The translations under genes and the position numbers were made by a program. From Desulfosoma sp. (GTDB lineage Bacteria > Desulfobacterota > Syntrophobacteria > Syntrophobacterales > DSM-9756): DNA of 64,000 nt. The notes beneath the pieces are model-generated. The model was not told the origin of the DNA. It saw only the letters and a program-made list of their open reading frames with translations, and did not search any database. Location of the stretch: assembly GCA_037481835.1 (NCBI GenBank), contig JBBFKW010000015.1, positions 61,228 through 125,227 of the forward strand. The letters run 5' to 3'. This document shows, piece after piece, positions 41,257 to 53,518 of the stretch (positions are counted from its first letter, which is position 1; each line of letters starts with the position of its first letter).

Positions 41257-41856
41257 TCAGTGGAGGATGTCCGGGGAGGTTTCATCGATGGGCATGATCC
41301 CCATCTGGCGAAGGAGCCGCCGATCCCTGGGGCTTTTGGTCTTGAGCCATCGCTCGTAGATGCGAAGAATCCCTCCGGCGTGATGCCGTCCGGAGGCGTC
41401 CCCGATTTCGGCGAACAAATCCACAAGACGCAGGAACTTGTCGCTCAGTTCCTGAAAGACCCCTTCAAAACCCCAGTCCACGATCCGGGCGGCAAGGAGC
41501 GCTTCCAGGGACCGATAGGCCGTGCTGCCGATGGCGGCGTAATAGTCGATATCGACCAGGCGGCGCTGAAAACTATCGGAAAAGAAGCCGGAGACGAACA
41601 GGGTCGTATCGCCGATCTGCCGGAGAATGCGCGCCCGCTTTTCGCTGGAGACACCGTAGCTTTCCAGGAGGGCCTGGGCGAAGGTCTTGTCCCTTTCCCC
41701 CCACTCCGGCTCCCGAAGCGGCGTGCTCTGCGCATAGCGCGAAAGCAGATCCACCAGGTAGAACTGGGCGAGCTGGGAAATTTCCACGTCCAGATCCTGT
41801 GAAGCCTTTTCCACGGCATCTTTGAAGTATTCGAGAAGGCTGCGGGTTTCCAACAT
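41257..41856 (-). CDS. Hypothetical protein
   Basis: AGGAGG RBS; FYLVDLL..IGDTTLFVSGFF..VDIDYY..YERW. Confidence 0.8.
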   Translation of the reverse strand: MLETRSLLEYFKDAVEKASQDLDVEISQLAQFYLVDLLSRYAQSTPLREPEWGERDKTFAQALLESYGVSSEKRARILRQIGDTTLFVSGFFSDSFQRRLVDIDYYAAIGSTAYRSLEALLAARIVDWGFEGVFQELSDKFLRLVDLFAEIGDASGRHHAGGILRIYERWLKTKSPRDRRLLRQMGIMPIDETSPDILH

Positions 41857-42257
41857 GATGATCCAACCCTCCTTTCCGAAAATGCCTGGAGAAATCCCCG
41901 GAAGGTCCCGGCTGTGAGGACCTCTCCTGCCATAGACATCGGCATATCGGCCGCCGTCCAAAAGCCTTTCGTTCCGCTCGCAGCGCGACGCCGCCCTGCC
42001 GCTGAATCTGGGCGCTGTCACGGGGTAAGCCGCCGCGAGTCCATTGACGTGTTTTTCAGGTTTGGAAGAATCGGAATGACGGATCGGGCCTTCCGGGACG
42101 TGGTCCCCTCCGGCCGAAGCAATGCATACAATTCATTTATATTATGACCGGAGAGTCCACGGAGGATCAAGTGCGACGCTGAAGAAGGCTGGGGGCGCGG
42201 CCGCGGGGGTTTTTTGGGAAGGGCCGGCGCGCCCCGGGCTTGGGGCCAAGGGGGGTG

Positions 42258-42956
42258 TCAGGAAAAATGGAGCCCTGAGGGCTTCTTTCGGCGCTGGCGG
42301 CCCATGGCCAACCCGATGAGCCAGCCGCACAGGAGCACGAGGGCTCCGGCCACAAACCACTTGACATGCTGGGAAAAGCGCAGGCTTTCGTTTTCCTGGG
42401 TCAACCTCTTGGCCAAAGCCTGGCTTTCCGCCAAGGCGGCCTGGGTCTTGTCCAGTTCCTCTTTGAGCTTGAGATAATCGGCGGAACCTTCCCGAAGCGC
42501 CTGGTATTCTTTCTTGAGGGTTTCCAGTTCTCGAGAGGTTTTTTCCAGGGTTTCCGTGAGTTCCTTTTCCCGGGTCTGGTAGCGCAGCCACTGGGAGTCG
42601 GAGTCCGTCAGGGAGGATTTGATGGCCGTGTTTTCTTGGCGGAGTTGGGCGGCCTGTTTTTCCCATGGGACCCGGTCCATGAGGTATCGGCTGATCACCC
42701 AGCCTTCCTTGTCTTTGCCCGGTCCGTCAAGGACCCGGACGAGCGCCCAGCCGGCTTCGTTTTTTTCCAGCACCTGGACTGCCTGGCCGGAGCGCAGCAT
42801 GGCCACGATCTTGTGGCCGTTGGTGGGGCCGCTGCGCAGCGTGATTTCAAAGGTGTCCGTCACATAGGCGGCCCACGTCGCCCCGGAAGGCAGAATGACG
42901 AACAAGGCGATGCACACAAGCCCCGACAGTCTAAGAAGGCGATGCAGACCGGCCAT
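42258..42956 (-). CDS. SH3-domain protein (YgiM/TIGR04211-like)
   Basis: Signal peptide, YVTD..ITLRSGP, EGWVISRYL, coiled coil, WFVAGALVL C-terminal TM. Confidence 0.9.
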   Translation of the reverse strand: MAGLHRLLRLSGLVCIALFVILPSGATWAAYVTDTFEITLRSGPTNGHKIVAMLRSGQAVQVLEKNEAGWALVRVLDGPGKDKEGWVISRYLMDRVPWEKQAAQLRQENTAIKSSLTDSDSQWLRYQTREKELTETLEKTSRELETLKKEYQALREGSADYLKLKEELDKTQAALAESQALAKRLTQENESLRFSQHVKWFVAGALVLLCGWLIGLAMGRQRRKKPSGLHFS

Positions 42957-43017
42957 GTAACCCCCTTTTTCCCCATGGAATCCCATGCCCAAACCCCTTA
43001 CCCATCTCATCCCTTAC

Positions 43018-43735
43018 AACCGTAGGTTGGGGTGAGCGAAGCGAACCCCAACAAAAACCCCCCCACGGAAAAGTTTCTCCTTCAGCCGGAACTGCACACC
43101 CCCCGAGACATCCCCCCCCCCCCCCACGAAGGCGCTTTCCCAGGCTCGCGGGCATCGGGGAGCTGGGCGGCATTCTTGGCCCGCCGGACATCCCTCAGCG
43201 AAAGAGCTTTCCCACCAGCTTGAACCGTAGGTTGGGGTGAGCGAAGCGAACCCCAACAAAAAACCCTCCCCCCAGGATCACCTCCCGGATGTCCTCCTGT
43301 TCCAAAGGTGAGCGAAGCGAACCCCAACAGAAAAACCTCCCCAGACATCCTCCAAATAGACGCTCCCCCCGGACAACCCCCGAGCAGACACGCCCTCTTC
43401 ACCCATCGGCCGAAAAGCCCTCCGAAACCCTCCACCGAACGCCGGCCGCGGTTTTCCCCCAGGGCCCCAAGGCGGTGGGTTCCCATGGCCGGGGCATGGG
43501 GGTGCGATCCCCTCTGCAAGTTTATATGAAAGTCTAGGTAACACATCGTAACTATTAAATTTTCATCCTTCGTTGTCACGGGCTGCCCGTGATGGGAGAT
43601 TGTCTGAAACAGCGATTCTTAGTGGTTGTGAGAACGTGAATTCAGGTCGTTACGTCACCGCAATCCTCTAGAATCGGCGTTGTTGGATAGGCCCCAGAAT
43701 TTTTGTTGGGGTTCGCTTCGCTCACCCCAACCTAC
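43018..43735. repeat. Composite repeat island
   Basis: GTAG REPs 43022-43053(+), 43227-43258(+), partial 43307-43329, 43704-43735(-); module A 43526-43595; diverged 99-bp MITE 43596-43694; C14 tract 43112-43125. Confidence 0.85.
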
Positions 43736-44004
43736 GGCTCGGTGGCGAGACAACGAACTATGGAAGTCCGGCCTTGTCCCATTGTGAGCCCGACTTACGG
43801 ATCCTCCGAGGGCCTCACTATAGAGCCTGGCACCGTGCCGCGGCAAGCAAAAGGCGAGAGCCCTCGGTCAAGGGGCGCAAACGGAGACAAAATTGTTCCT
43901 CGACCCTGGCATCCCGGCCATTGATGATTAAATTGTTTCAGGGATTCAACCCGACGAAATGGCTTCACTTTAAGTGATTTTTTCATAGCAGGAGGAAAAG
44001 GGTT

Positions 44005-45909
44005 ATGGCCAAAGCAGTGGGCATTGATTTGGGAACGACCAATTCGGTGGTGGCCGTTTGGGAAAACGGCAAAGCGACGGTGATTCCCAACGCTGAAGGG
44101 TCCCGCACGACGCCGTCCGTGGTGGCCTACATGGAAGACGGGCAGCGGCTTGTGGGGCAGGTGGCCCGCCGGCAGGCGATTTTGAACCCGCAGGCCACGG
44201 TGGCCTCGGCCAAACGGTTCATCGGCCGTCGCTGGGACGAAGTGGAAGAAGAATCGAAAATTGTCTCCTACAAGGTGGTCCGGGGCCCCAACGATGCGGT
44301 GCGATTCGACATTCGGGGCAAGTTGGTGGCGCCCGAAGAGGTCTCGGCCCAGGTGTTGCGCAAGCTCGTGGACGATGCGTCCAAGTACTTGGGCGAAAAG
44401 GTCACCGAAGCCGTGATCACGGTGCCCGCCTATTTCAACGACGCGCAGCGCCAGGCCACCAAGCAGGCGGGAGAAATCGCCGGCCTGAAAGTCCTTCGGA
44501 TCATCAACGAACCGACGGCGGCCGCGTTGGCCTACGGACTGGAAAAGAAAAAGAACGAAACCATCCTGGTCTTCGACTTGGGCGGCGGCACTTTCGACGT
44601 GTCCATCCTGGATGTGGGGGACGGGGTGTGCGAGGTGCGCGCCACGGCCGGAGACACCCATTTGGGCGGGGACGATTTCGACAAGCGCATCGTGGACTGG
44701 CTGGCTGAAGAATTCCTGAAGGAGACGGGCATCGATCTGCGGAAAGATCGCCAATCGCTGCAGCGCCTCTACGAAGCCGCGGAAAAGGCCAAATGCGAAC
44801 TCTCTTCGACGATCGAGACGGAAATCAACCTGCCGTTCATCACGGCGGATGCCACGGGCCCCAAGCACTTGGTGAAAAAGCTGACCCGGGCCAAGTTCGA
44901 GGCACTCACCCGGGATCTCGTGGAACGGTGCATGGGCCCGGTGAAACAGGCCCTGGCGGATGCCAAGCTCACGGCAAGCGACATCGACGAAGTCATTCTC
45001 GTGGGCGGCTCCACACGCATTCCAGCGGTGCAGGAACTGGTGAAGAAGCTCACGGGCGGCAAGCAGCCCAACATGAGTGTCAACCCTGACGAAGTGGTGG
45101 CCGTGGGCGCTGCCATCCAGGCCGGGATCATCAAAGGCGATGTGGACGACGTCCTCCTTTTGGATGTGACCCCGCTTTCCCTGGGTGTGGAGACGCTGGG
45201 CGGCGTCATGACCAGGCTCATCGAGCGCAACACCACGATTCCGTGCCGTCGCGAGGAAATCTTTTCCACGGCCGAAGACAACCAAACGGCGGTGGACATC
45301 GTGGTGCTCCAAGGCGAACGGGAAATGGCCCGGGACAACCGGGTGTTGGGCCGGTTCCGCCTGGAAGGCATCCGACCGGCGCCTCGGGGCGTGCCGCAGA
45401 TCAAGGTGACCTTCGACATCGACGCCAACGGCATTTTGAACGTGACGGCGCGCGATGAGGAAACGGGGAAAGAACAGAAGGTCACCATTTCGGATTCCAC
45501 CAACCTGGACAAGGCCGAAGTGGAACGCATGCTTCGGGACGCTCAGGAACATGCCGCCGAGGATCGGCGTCGGCGGGAAACGGTGGATGCGCGAAACCAC
45601 CTGGATTCCTTGGTCTATCAGCTGGAACGGACGCTCAAGGATCTGGGCGACAAGGTGCCGCTCCATGAAAAAGCCCGATGTGAGGCGCTCATGGAAGACG
45701 CCCGCAAGGCCGTAGCGGACGAGACCGCAACCAAGGAACGGTACCAAGCCTTGGCGGGAGACGTGCAGCAGGCGCTCCACGGCCTGGCGGCGGCGGCCTA
45801 TGAGCGGGCCGGGGCGACGGGCCGGGAGCGCAGTGCGGGAGCCGGAGCCGGCACGTCCCGGGCCGGGGGCGACGATGACGTCATCGACGCCGAATACACC
45901 GAAAAATAA
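44005..45909 (+). CDS. dnaK: Chaperone DnaK
   Basis: [32 protein letters not shown]. Confidence 0.98.
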   Translation: MAKAVGIDLGTTNSVVAVWENGKATVIPNAEGSRTTPSVVAYMEDGQRLVGQVARRQAILNPQATVASAKRFIGRRWDEVEEESKIVSYKVVRGPNDAVRFDIRGKLVAPEEVSAQVLRKLVDDASKYLGEKVTEAVITVPAYFNDAQRQATKQAGEIAGLKVLRIINEPTAAALAYGLEKKKNETILVFDLGGGTFDVSILDVGDGVCEVRATAGDTHLGGDDFDKRIVDWLAEEFLKETGIDLRKDRQSLQRLYEAAEKAKCELSSTIETEINLPFITADATGPKHLVKKLTRAKFEALTRDLVERCMGPVKQALADAKLTASDIDEVILVGGSTRIPAVQELVKKLTGGKQPNMSVNPDEVVAVGAAIQAGIIKGDVDDVLLLDVTPLSLGVETLGGVMTRLIERNTTIPCRREEIFSTAEDNQTAVDIVVLQGEREMARDNRVLGRFRLEGIRPAPRGVPQIKVTFDIDANGILNVTARDEETGKEQKVTISDSTNLDKAEVERMLRDAQEHAAEDRRRRETVDARNHLDSLVYQLERTLKDLGDKVPLHEKARCEALMEDARKAVADETATKERYQALAGDVQQALHGLAAAAYERAGATGRERSAGAGAGTSRAGGDDDVIDAEYTEK

Positions 45910-45953
45910 GGGAAGATGCGGAATGGCGTCTCGCCGACGATGAGCGCGTTTCG

Positions 45954-45983
45954 GGGGCGCACGGACGGTGCGCCCCATTTTTT
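45954..45983 (+). terminator. Intrinsic terminator between dnaK and cbpA
   Basis: GGGGCGCAC-GGACG-GTGCGCCCC-ATTTTTT. Confidence 0.75.
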
Positions 45984-46083
45984 GGCCTTTTTGCCCCGAT
46001 GATGGTAAGGATTTCAAAACCAAGGAGGGTGTGGACCCCAACGGGCTTTTCCCAGGAAAACAAAGGAATCGAGGGGACATCGC

Positions 46084-47058
46084 ATGGCGGTTAAGTTTCG
46101 AGACTACTACGAAATTCTCGGGGTTTCTCGAACGGCGACTCAGGACGAGATCCAGCGGGCCTACCGCAAACTCGCCCGCAAGTACCATCCGGATGTGAAC
46201 AAGGATCCTGGGGCCGAAGAGAAATTCAAGGAAATCAACGAAGCCTACGAGGTCCTGAAGGATCCTGAAAAACGCGCCAAGTACGACCAGCTCGGCAGCC
46301 ACTGGCGTGCCGGGCAGGATTTTCGACCGCCCCCCGGTTGGGACGTGCATTTCGATTTCGGCGGGGGCCCGGGGCAGCAGGAATTCTTCTGGTCGGGCAG
46401 CGGGGATTTCAGCGACTTTTTCGAAATGCTTTTCGGAGGGCAAGGATTTCGTCGGGCTCAGAGCGGCACACGGGCTCGTCCCGGCACCGCATGGCGCCAA
46501 CCCGGGGCCGACCGGCATGCCGTGGTGCGCATATCCTTGGAAGACGCCTTTCACGGGACGACCAAGACCATCACCATGCAGGGAATGACCACCGCCGTCG
46601 ATGGGACGGTGCGGCCGGAAGTCAAGAACTTCGAGGTCAAGATTCCCAAGGGGATTCTGCCGGGGCAGAAGATCCGCCTTGCCGGCCAGGGTTTTGAGGG
46701 GGTGAGCGGTGGGCCGCCCGGGGATTTGTATCTCGAGGTGGACATCGAACCCCACCCGGTCTATCGCCTGGAAGGCCGGGACCTCTACATGGACCTGCCC
46801 GTGTCTCCGTGGGAGGCGGCCTTGGGGGCTGAAGTTCCCGTAAGAACTTTGGGGGGCACCTTCTCCCTGAAAGTTCCCCCGGGGACCCAGTCGGGGCAGA
46901 AATTGCGCCTGCGGGGCAAGGGCATGCCCAACCCCAAGGGCGGAGCGGGCGATCTCTACGCGGTGGTGAAAATCGTCGTGCCCAAGAGGGTCAGCCGGGA
47001 AGAAAAGGCCCTGTTCGAAAAACTCAAAGAGGCATCCGACTTCGACCCGCGGGGGTGA
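46084..47058 (+). CDS. cbpA: Class B J-domain protein without zinc finger (CbpA-like)
   Basis: HPD motif, G/F region, no CxxCxGxG, DnaJ C-terminal domain. Confidence 0.9.
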   Translation: MAVKFRDYYEILGVSRTATQDEIQRAYRKLARKYHPDVNKDPGAEEKFKEINEAYEVLKDPEKRAKYDQLGSHWRAGQDFRPPPGWDVHFDFGGGPGQQEFFWSGSGDFSDFFEMLFGGQGFRRAQSGTRARPGTAWRQPGADRHAVVRISLEDAFHGTTKTITMQGMTTAVDGTVRPEVKNFEVKIPKGILPGQKIRLAGQGFEGVSGGPPGDLYLEVDIEPHPVYRLEGRDLYMDLPVSPWEAALGAEVPVRTLGGTFSLKVPPGTQSGQKLRLRGKGMPNPKGGAGDLYAVVKIVVPKRVSREEKALFEKLKEASDFDPRG

Positions 47059-47103
47059 CCGGAGAACGCCCGCCGCGAGCACGGCAATAAGGAGGCCGGC
47101 GTC

Positions 47104-47439
47104 ATGGTGGAAAGACGCTATTTCATCGTGCGCAGGAGGCATGCCCTAGAGACGGACCTTTGGGAACTCACACTTTCCCAACTGGCGTCCTTGTGCGGCG
47201 TGCACCCGGATCTCATCGTTCGCTTCGTGCACCTGGGGCTTCTGGATCCTTTGGAAGAACGGGCGGGCGTGCCCAGCCTGTTCGCCCCTTCGGCGGTGGG
47301 GGTGGTGCGCAAGATTTTAAGGCTGCGCCGGGACCTGGGGATCAACTACGCGGGCATTGGGGTCGTCCTGGAGCTCATGCACCGGATCGAGGCGCTGGAA
47401 GCCCGGGTCCGGGAACTGGAAAGACAGATGATCGGCTAG
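47104..47439 (+). CDS. cbpM: Chaperone modulator CbpM / MerR-like
   Basis: LRLRRDLGINYAGIGVVLELM; follows cbpA. Confidence 0.85.
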   Translation: MVERRYFIVRRRHALETDLWELTLSQLASLCGVHPDLIVRFVHLGLLDPLEERAGVPSLFAPSAVGVVRKILRLRRDLGINYAGIGVVLELMHRIEALEARVRELERQMIG

Positions 47440-47478
47440 CCCGAAGGCGGCCGTGACCATAAATGAGGAGGAAAAATT

Positions 47479-50109
47479 ATGGATCTCAACAAATTCACCA
47501 TCAAGTCCCAAGAAGCGTTGCAATCGGCCCAGACGAAGGCCGTTAAATACGGGCATGTGGAAGTGGACGGGGAACATCTCCTGGCGGCCCTCCTGGAACA
47601 GCCCGAAGGGTTGGTGCCGCGACTGCTCAAGAGGATGGACGTCCCGCTGAACGCGGTGCAGGAAGATTTGGTTCGGGAGCTGGAAAAAAAACCCAGGGTG
47701 AGCGGCCCCGGGGCAGAGCCCGGCAAGGTCTACATCACTCAACGGCTGAACAAGCTGCTCGTCAAGGCGGAAGAGGAAGCCCGGCATCTCAAGGATGATT
47801 ACGTCTCCGTCGAACACCTCCTTTTGGCTTTCGTGGAAGAGGGGACGGCGACACCCGCCGGGAGAATCCTTCAAAAGCATGGCATCACCCGGGATGCGGT
47901 GCTCAAGGCCTTAACGGCCGTCCGCGGCCATCAGCGGGTGACGTCGGCCGCGCCCGAATCGACCTACGAGGCGCTGCAGAAATACGGACGGGACCTGGTG
48001 CAGGAAGCCCGCAGCGGCAAGCTGGATCCCGTGATCGGCCGAGACGGGGAAATCCGGCGCGTCATCCGGATCCTCAGCCGGAAGACCAAAAACAATCCCG
48101 TGCTCATCGGCGAACCCGGCGTGGGCAAGACGGCCATTGTGGAAGGGCTGGCGCACCGGATCGTTCGGGGCGATGTGCCCGAAGGGCTCAAAGACAAGAC
48201 CATCTACGCCTTGGATCTGGGGGCTCTGGTGGCCGGAGCCAAATACCGCGGGGAATTCGAGGAGCGCCTCAAGGCGGTGCTGCAGGAAATTAAGGAATCG
48301 GAAGGCCGGATCCTGCTCTTTATCGATGAGCTCCACAACATCGTGGGGGCGGGCAAGGCCGAAGGGGCCATGGACGCCGGCAACATGCTCAAACCCATGC
48401 TGGCCCGCGGCGAACTCCACTGCATCGGCGCCACGACCCTCGACGAATACCGCAAGTACATTGAAAAAGACGCCGCCTTGGAACGCCGGTTCCAGCCGGT
48501 TCTCGTGGACCAGCCGTCGGTGGAAGACACCATTTCCATCCTGCGCGGCCTGAAAGAGAGGTTCGAAGTCCACCACGGCGTCAAGATCCAGGACAGCGCT
48601 TTGGTGGCGGCGGCGGTTTTGTCCAACCGCTACATTTCCGACCGGTTCCTGCCGGACAAGGCCATTGATTTGGTGGATGAGGCCTGTGCCATGATCCGCA
48701 CGGAAATCGATTCCATGCCGGCCGAACTGGATGAAGTGACCCGGCGGGTCATGCAGCTGGAAATCGAAGAGGCGGCCCTCAAGAAGGAGCGGGACAAGGC
48801 GAGCCAGGAGCGTTTGGAAAACCTGCGCAAGGAATTGGCCGAATTGCGCGAAAAGGCCGGGGCCATGCGAGCCCAGTGGGAAGCGGAAAAGGAAGCCATC
48901 AAGAGGGTTCAGGCCCTGCGGGAAGAAATCGAAAAGGTGCGCCACCAGATCGAAATCGCCGAGCGCCAATACGACCTCAACCGGGCGGCGGAATTGAAGC
49001 ACGGCCGGCTGCCCGAACTGGAACGGCAGCTCAGGGCCGAAGAAGAACGGCTGAGCGCCCAACAGGGCGGCAATCGGCTCCTTCGCGAAGAAGTGACGGA
49101 AGAAGAAATCGCCGAGATCGTCTCCCGCTGGACCGGGATTCCTGTCACCCGCCTGGTGGAAGGGGAACGGGAAAAACTGTTGAAGCTCGATGAAGTGCTG
49201 CACCGCCGCGTGGTGGGTCAAGACGAAGCCGTGCAGCTCGTGGCCGACGCCGTGCTTCGAGCCCGGGCCGGCATCAAGGATCCGCGGCGGCCCATCGGGT
49301 CGTTCATTTTCCTCGGCCCCACGGGAGTGGGCAAGACGGAACTGGCCAAGACCTTGGCGGAAGCCCTCTTCGATTCGGAAGACAATCTGGTTCGGATCGA
49401 TATGAGCGAGTACATGGAAAAGCACACGGTCTCGCGCCTGATCGGGGCGCCTCCGGGCTATGTGGGCTACGAAGAAGGCGGGCAGCTTACCGAAGCGGTG
49501 CGGCGAAAGCCCTACAGTGTCATCCTGTTCGATGAGATCGAAAAGGCGCACCAGGATGTCTTCAACGTGCTTCTGCAGATCTTGGACGACGGCCGCTTGA
49601 CGGACGCCCAGGGCCGCACGGTGGATTTCAAGAACACGGTCATCATCATGACGAGCAACATCGGAAGCCAGTACCTGTTGGACGGCGTGACGGATCGCGG
49701 CGAAATCAAGGATTACGCCCGCGAAAAGGTCATGGCCGATCTCAGGCGTCATTTTCGGCCCGAGTTCCTGAACCGCGTGGACGATATCGTGCTGTTTAAG
49801 CCGTTGACCCTGGAAGAAGTCAAACGCATCGTGGGGCTGCTCACCCAGGATTTGGAACGGCGCCTCAAGGACCGGCGCATCCGGTTGGAAATCACGGACG
49901 CCGCTCGGGAATGGATCGCCCGCACCGGCTACGACCCGGTCTATGGGGCTCGGCCGCTCAAGCGGCTGCTGCAGCGGGAACTGGAAACCCGCATCGGCCG
50001 GGCTCTCATTGGGGGAGACATCCTGGAAGGAGCGACAATCCGCGTGGATGTGGAAGACGGCCGGCTGACGGTTTCCCACACCAACCCGGCCAACGCCGAC
50101 GCCGCCTGA
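47479..50109 (+). CDS. clpB: ATP-dependent disaggregase ClpB
   Basis: GEPGVGKT and GPTGVGKT, long middle domain. Confidence 0.98.
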   Translation: MDLNKFTIKSQEALQSAQTKAVKYGHVEVDGEHLLAALLEQPEGLVPRLLKRMDVPLNAVQEDLVRELEKKPRVSGPGAEPGKVYITQRLNKLLVKAEEEARHLKDDYVSVEHLLLAFVEEGTATPAGRILQKHGITRDAVLKALTAVRGHQRVTSAAPESTYEALQKYGRDLVQEARSGKLDPVIGRDGEIRRVIRILSRKTKNNPVLIGEPGVGKTAIVEGLAHRIVRGDVPEGLKDKTIYALDLGALVAGAKYRGEFEERLKAVLQEIKESEGRILLFIDELHNIVGAGKAEGAMDAGNMLKPMLARGELHCIGATTLDEYRKYIEKDAALERRFQPVLVDQPSVEDTISILRGLKERFEVHHGVKIQDSALVAAAVLSNRYISDRFLPDKAIDLVDEACAMIRTEIDSMPAELDEVTRRVMQLEIEEAALKKERDKASQERLENLRKELAELREKAGAMRAQWEAEKEAIKRVQALREEIEKVRHQIEIAERQYDLNRAAELKHGRLPELERQLRAEEERLSAQQGGNRLLREEVTEEEIAEIVSRWTGIPVTRLVEGEREKLLKLDEVLHRRVVGQDEAVQLVADAVLRARAGIKDPRRPIGSFIFLGPTGVGKTELAKTLAEALFDSEDNLVRIDMSEYMEKHTVSRLIGAPPGYVGYEEGGQLTEAVRRKPYSVILFDEIEKAHQDVFNVLLQILDDGRLTDAQGRTVDFKNTVIIMTSNIGSQYLLDGVTDRGEIKDYAREKVMADLRRHFRPEFLNRVDDIVLFKPLTLEEVKRIVGLLTQDLERRLKDRRIRLEITDAAREWIARTGYDPVYGARPLKRLLQRELETRIGRALIGGDILEGATIRVDVEDGRLTVSHTNPANADAA

Positions 50110-50191
50110 TCGCGCCCGCCCGCAAACGACAAGGGACAGCGGGGGATTTCCGATGAGGGCACTGCCCTGGGTGTTCGCGGTCCTGCAATAG

Positions 50192-50232
50192 CCCCCTCAC
50201 CCCGGCCCTCTCCCCCTGGCGGGGGAGAGGGA
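50192..50232. repeat. CCCCTCACCCCGGCCCTCTCCC...GGGAGAGGG palindromic element
   Basis: 11-bp stem CCCTCTCCCCC/GGGGGAGAGGG; resembles a widespread intergenic repeat type. Confidence 0.6.
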
Positions 50233-50323
50233 GGCATGGCTCCTTACAAATCCGATCCCCAGAAGGATGTCGGCTTCCCCTATCCCGAAGGAGTGACGGC
50301 CTCTCTAGCCCTGGGCGGCCTCG

Positions 50324-50584
50324 GCATTCCAGGCCAGGGCAACGCCCTGGGTTGAGGGGGCCCCCATCCTTCCCCGAGCCCCGGAGGGGTATAACAAGGG
50401 CTGGACGGTATGTGCCCAAAACAGGATTTTCCCCGTTTTGTCCCGGGTGTGATATGGATTTGGGAAGGGCCACTTTGGACCATGAAAGACGAGGGGCCGG
50501 CGGATTTTGTGTTTCGCCCCCTTCGGGGTTGGATTGGGGGGATTGCGGCGGAGGGCCCCAGGGCTACGCCCTGGGCTGGGATGC
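50324..50584. repeat. Inverted pair of CCAGGGC...GCCCTGGG REP-like arms
   Basis: Arm 50324-50396 matches the reverse complement of 50510-50584 at both ends. Confidence 0.7.
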
Positions 50585-50769
50585 TTGGCTCCTCCGGGGC
50601 CGATGGGGGTAAGAACGTTCTTGGCACCTTCAGGGCCGATGGTGGGCGGGCGTGCGGTTGGGCTTTTGGCGGTCCATGATGCGCGGGGCTAAGGTTGGGC
50701 CCTCCGCGGCGGGTGACGAGCGGGGAGGCAGGTGTCTTTCCCAAGGCAAAGGGAACAGGGGGAAACTTC

Positions 50770-53505
50770 ATGAAGGACCTGGCGTTGACATGGCATGGGC
50801 CGTACATGGAAGAACAATATCGGCGCTGGAAATTGGATCCCAACAGTGTGCCCGAGGACTGGCGATGGTTTTTCCATGGTTTCGAACTGGGGGCTGCCCA
50901 GGAAGGCCCTCCCCCGATCCCCCGGGCGCCCGCAGAAGACGATCTCCTGCGCCATGTGCGGGTCGCGGACCTGATCCGCCGGTACCGTGAGCTCGGCCAC
51001 CTTCTGTCCTGCCTGGATCCCTTGGAACCGTGCCCGATGGAACACCCCATGCTCACCCTGGACGCGTGCGGTCTGGATCCAACCGACCTGGACCGCGTCT
51101 TCCTCACCCCCGACATCCCCTTGGGGGATCGAGCCCCCCTTCGGGCGGTCATCGATCTCCTCAAAGCCACCTATTGCGGTTCTGTGGGTGTGGAATTCAT
51201 GCACCTGCTTGATCCGGAAGAACGTCGCTGGCTGCAACAGCGCATGGAATCCTCCCGAAACCACCCCTCCTACCCGCCCGAAGAACGCCTCCGGATTTTG
51301 GAAAAGCTCTGGCAGGCCAATCGTTTCGAGCAGTTCTTGCACAAGACCTACCTGGGCCAGAAGCGCTTTTCCTTGGAAGGAGCGGAGACCATCGTGCCCA
51401 TGCTGGACGGCCTGATCCGCCACGCGGCCGCCCAGGGCTGCGAAACCTTCGTTTTGGGAATGGCGCACCGAGGCCGGCTGAACGTGCAGGTGAACGTCTT
51501 GGGAAAAGCCCCCGAAGCCGTCTTTTCCGAATTCGAGGAAAGCTGCGACACGGAATCCGAAACGGGAAGCGGCGACGTGAAGTATCACAAGGGCTTCATG
51601 GGCACAGTGGATGCCGCCCCGGACGGCTCCAAGAAAATCCGCACCGTTTTGGTCCCCAACCCCAGCCATCTGGAATCGGTGGATCCGGTGGTGGAAGGAC
51701 TCACCCGGGCCCTCCAGGATGCCCTCGGCGAAGACGGCCCCCGGCGCGTGCTCCCCGTCTTGATCCACGGCGATGCGGCCTTCGCCGCTCAAGGGGTCGT
51801 CTACGAAACCATGAACCTTTCCCAACTTCCCGGATACCGCACCGGCGGGACGATCCACCTCATCATCAACAACCAGATCGGCTTCACCACCGTGCCCGAA
51901 GAGGCTCGGTCGACCCGTTACGCCACCGACCTGGCAAAAATGCTCCCGGCACCCATCTTCCACGTACACGGGGAAGACCCCGAAGCGGCCCTCCACGTCA
52001 TGGGCTTGGCGTGCGACTATCGATACCGGTACGGCAAGGACGTGGTCATCGATGTGGTCTGCTACCGCCGCTATGGGCATAACGAAGGCGACGAACCGTA
52101 CTACACGCAGCCGACCATGGTGGAACGGATCCGAAAACGCCCTCCGGTGAACGAACTCTACGCGGCACGACTGCAGGAGGAAGGAGTCGTCTCTCCGGAA
52201 GAAGTCCAGAGCCTGGAAACGCGCATCCTTTCGACCCTGGAAAAGGCCCTTGAGGCGGCGCGAAGCGCCGGCTGCGTCCTCGCTCAAGATTTTCTGCCGG
52301 ACGCCTGGGCCGCAACGGCCCGCGCCACGCCCGTCCGCTCCGACGCTTTAGAAACCGCCGTCCCTCGGGAGAGACTCCATGCCATCGCCCGGGCGGCCCA
52401 CACCTATCCCGAAGGGTTTCGGGTCAATCCCAAGCTGCAAAAGATCCTCGAAAAGCGGCGCGAAAGGGTGGAAGGCGAAAAGGACCTGGATTGGTCCGCC
52501 GGGGAACTCCTGGCATTCGGATCCCTTCTTCTGGACGGCCATCCCGTGCGCCTAAGCGGCCAGGACTGCGGCCGAGGCACCTTCAGCCACCGCCATGCCA
52601 TCCTCTATGACGTGGAAACGGAGGCGACCTACGTCCCGCTGAACCACTTGGGCCCGGACCAGGCGCCCTTTGCGGTCTACAACAGCAGTCTCTCGGAATA
52701 TGCCGTACTCGGCTTCGAATACGGATATTCCCTGAGGGATCCGCGGACGCTGGTGCTCTGGGAAGCCCAGTTCGGCGATTTCGCCAACAACGCCCAAACC
52801 ATCGTCGATCAATACGTGAGCGCCGCCGAAGCCAAGTGGGGGCTTGCCAGCGCCCTGGTGATGCTTCTGCCCCACGGCTACGAAGGCATGGGACCCGAAC
52901 ATTCCAGCGCCCGGCTGGAACGGTACCTCCAACTGTGCGCGGAAGAAAACCTGCGCGTCTGTCAACCTTCCACACCGGCGCAGTTCTTTCATCTGCTGCG
53001 CCGCCAGGTGCTCCACCCCGTAAAAAAGCCCCTCGTGGTCATGACCCCCAAGAGTCTCCTGCGCCACCCCAAGGCGATCTCCCCCTTGGAAGCCTTCACC
53101 CGGGGCCGGTTCGAACCCGTCCTGGACGATCCCGAAGCCTCGCCTTCGGCGCTCTCGGGTGTATTATGTACGGGCAAGATCTTTTACGAACTGGCGGCGC
53201 GGCGGGAAAACCAAAAGCGGGACGATACGGTCCTGGTGCGCTTGGAGGAAATCCATCCCTTTCCGGAAGCCGCTCTGGACGCCGTGTTTTCCAAATACGG
53301 CGCCGTGCGGCGCTGGGCGTGGGTGCAGGAAGAACCGCGCAACATGGGCGCCTGGGCATACGTGTGTCCCCGTCTGCAGAAACTCTTGGGGGAAAAGCCC
53401 GCCTACATCGGGCGCCCCGAATCGGCCAGCCCCGCCACGGGGTTCCATCGGCGCCACAAGGAAGAACAGGAACGCATCGCCGGCGAGGTGTTTGGCACAG
53501 ACTGA
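50770..53505 (+). CDS. sucA: 2-oxoglutarate dehydrogenase E1
   Basis: [47 protein letters not shown]. Confidence 0.97.
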   Translation: MKDLALTWHGPYMEEQYRRWKLDPNSVPEDWRWFFHGFELGAAQEGPPPIPRAPAEDDLLRHVRVADLIRRYRELGHLLSCLDPLEPCPMEHPMLTLDACGLDPTDLDRVFLTPDIPLGDRAPLRAVIDLLKATYCGSVGVEFMHLLDPEERRWLQQRMESSRNHPSYPPEERLRILEKLWQANRFEQFLHKTYLGQKRFSLEGAETIVPMLDGLIRHAAAQGCETFVLGMAHRGRLNVQVNVLGKAPEAVFSEFEESCDTESETGSGDVKYHKGFMGTVDAAPDGSKKIRTVLVPNPSHLESVDPVVEGLTRALQDALGEDGPRRVLPVLIHGDAAFAAQGVVYETMNLSQLPGYRTGGTIHLIINNQIGFTTVPEEARSTRYATDLAKMLPAPIFHVHGEDPEAALHVMGLACDYRYRYGKDVVIDVVCYRRYGHNEGDEPYYTQPTMVERIRKRPPVNELYAARLQEEGVVSPEEVQSLETRILSTLEKALEAARSAGCVLAQDFLPDAWAATARATPVRSDALETAVPRERLHAIARAAHTYPEGFRVNPKLQKILEKRRERVEGEKDLDWSAGELLAFGSLLLDGHPVRLSGQDCGRGTFSHRHAILYDVETEATYVPLNHLGPDQAPFAVYNSSLSEYAVLGFEYGYSLRDPRTLVLWEAQFGDFANNAQTIVDQYVSAAEAKWGLASALVMLLPHGYEGMGPEHSSARLERYLQLCAEENLRVCQPSTPAQFFHLLRRQVLHPVKKPLVVMTPKSLLRHPKAISPLEAFTRGRFEPVLDDPEASPSALSGVLCTGKIFYELAARRENQKRDDTVLVRLEEIHPFPEAALDAVFSKYGAVRRWAWVQEEPRNMGAWAYVCPRLQKLLGEKPAYIGRPESASPATGFHRRHKEEQERIAGEVFGTD

Positions 53506-53518
53506 CAAGGAGCGGCAC

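Noticed and set aside
43022..43329. CRISPR-like direct repeats
   Set aside because: Only three units with very unequal spacers, the same unit dispersed in both orientations, and no cas genes; these are REPs
43795..47142. 1115-aa minus-strand ORF
   Set aside because: Antisense shadow of dnaK-cbpA, a known artefact in GC-rich genomes; no motifs of its own
47911..50079. 722-aa minus-strand ORF (likewise 31219-32799, 50689-52287, 35208-36380)
   Set aside because: Antisense to clearly identified genes; explained by codon bias
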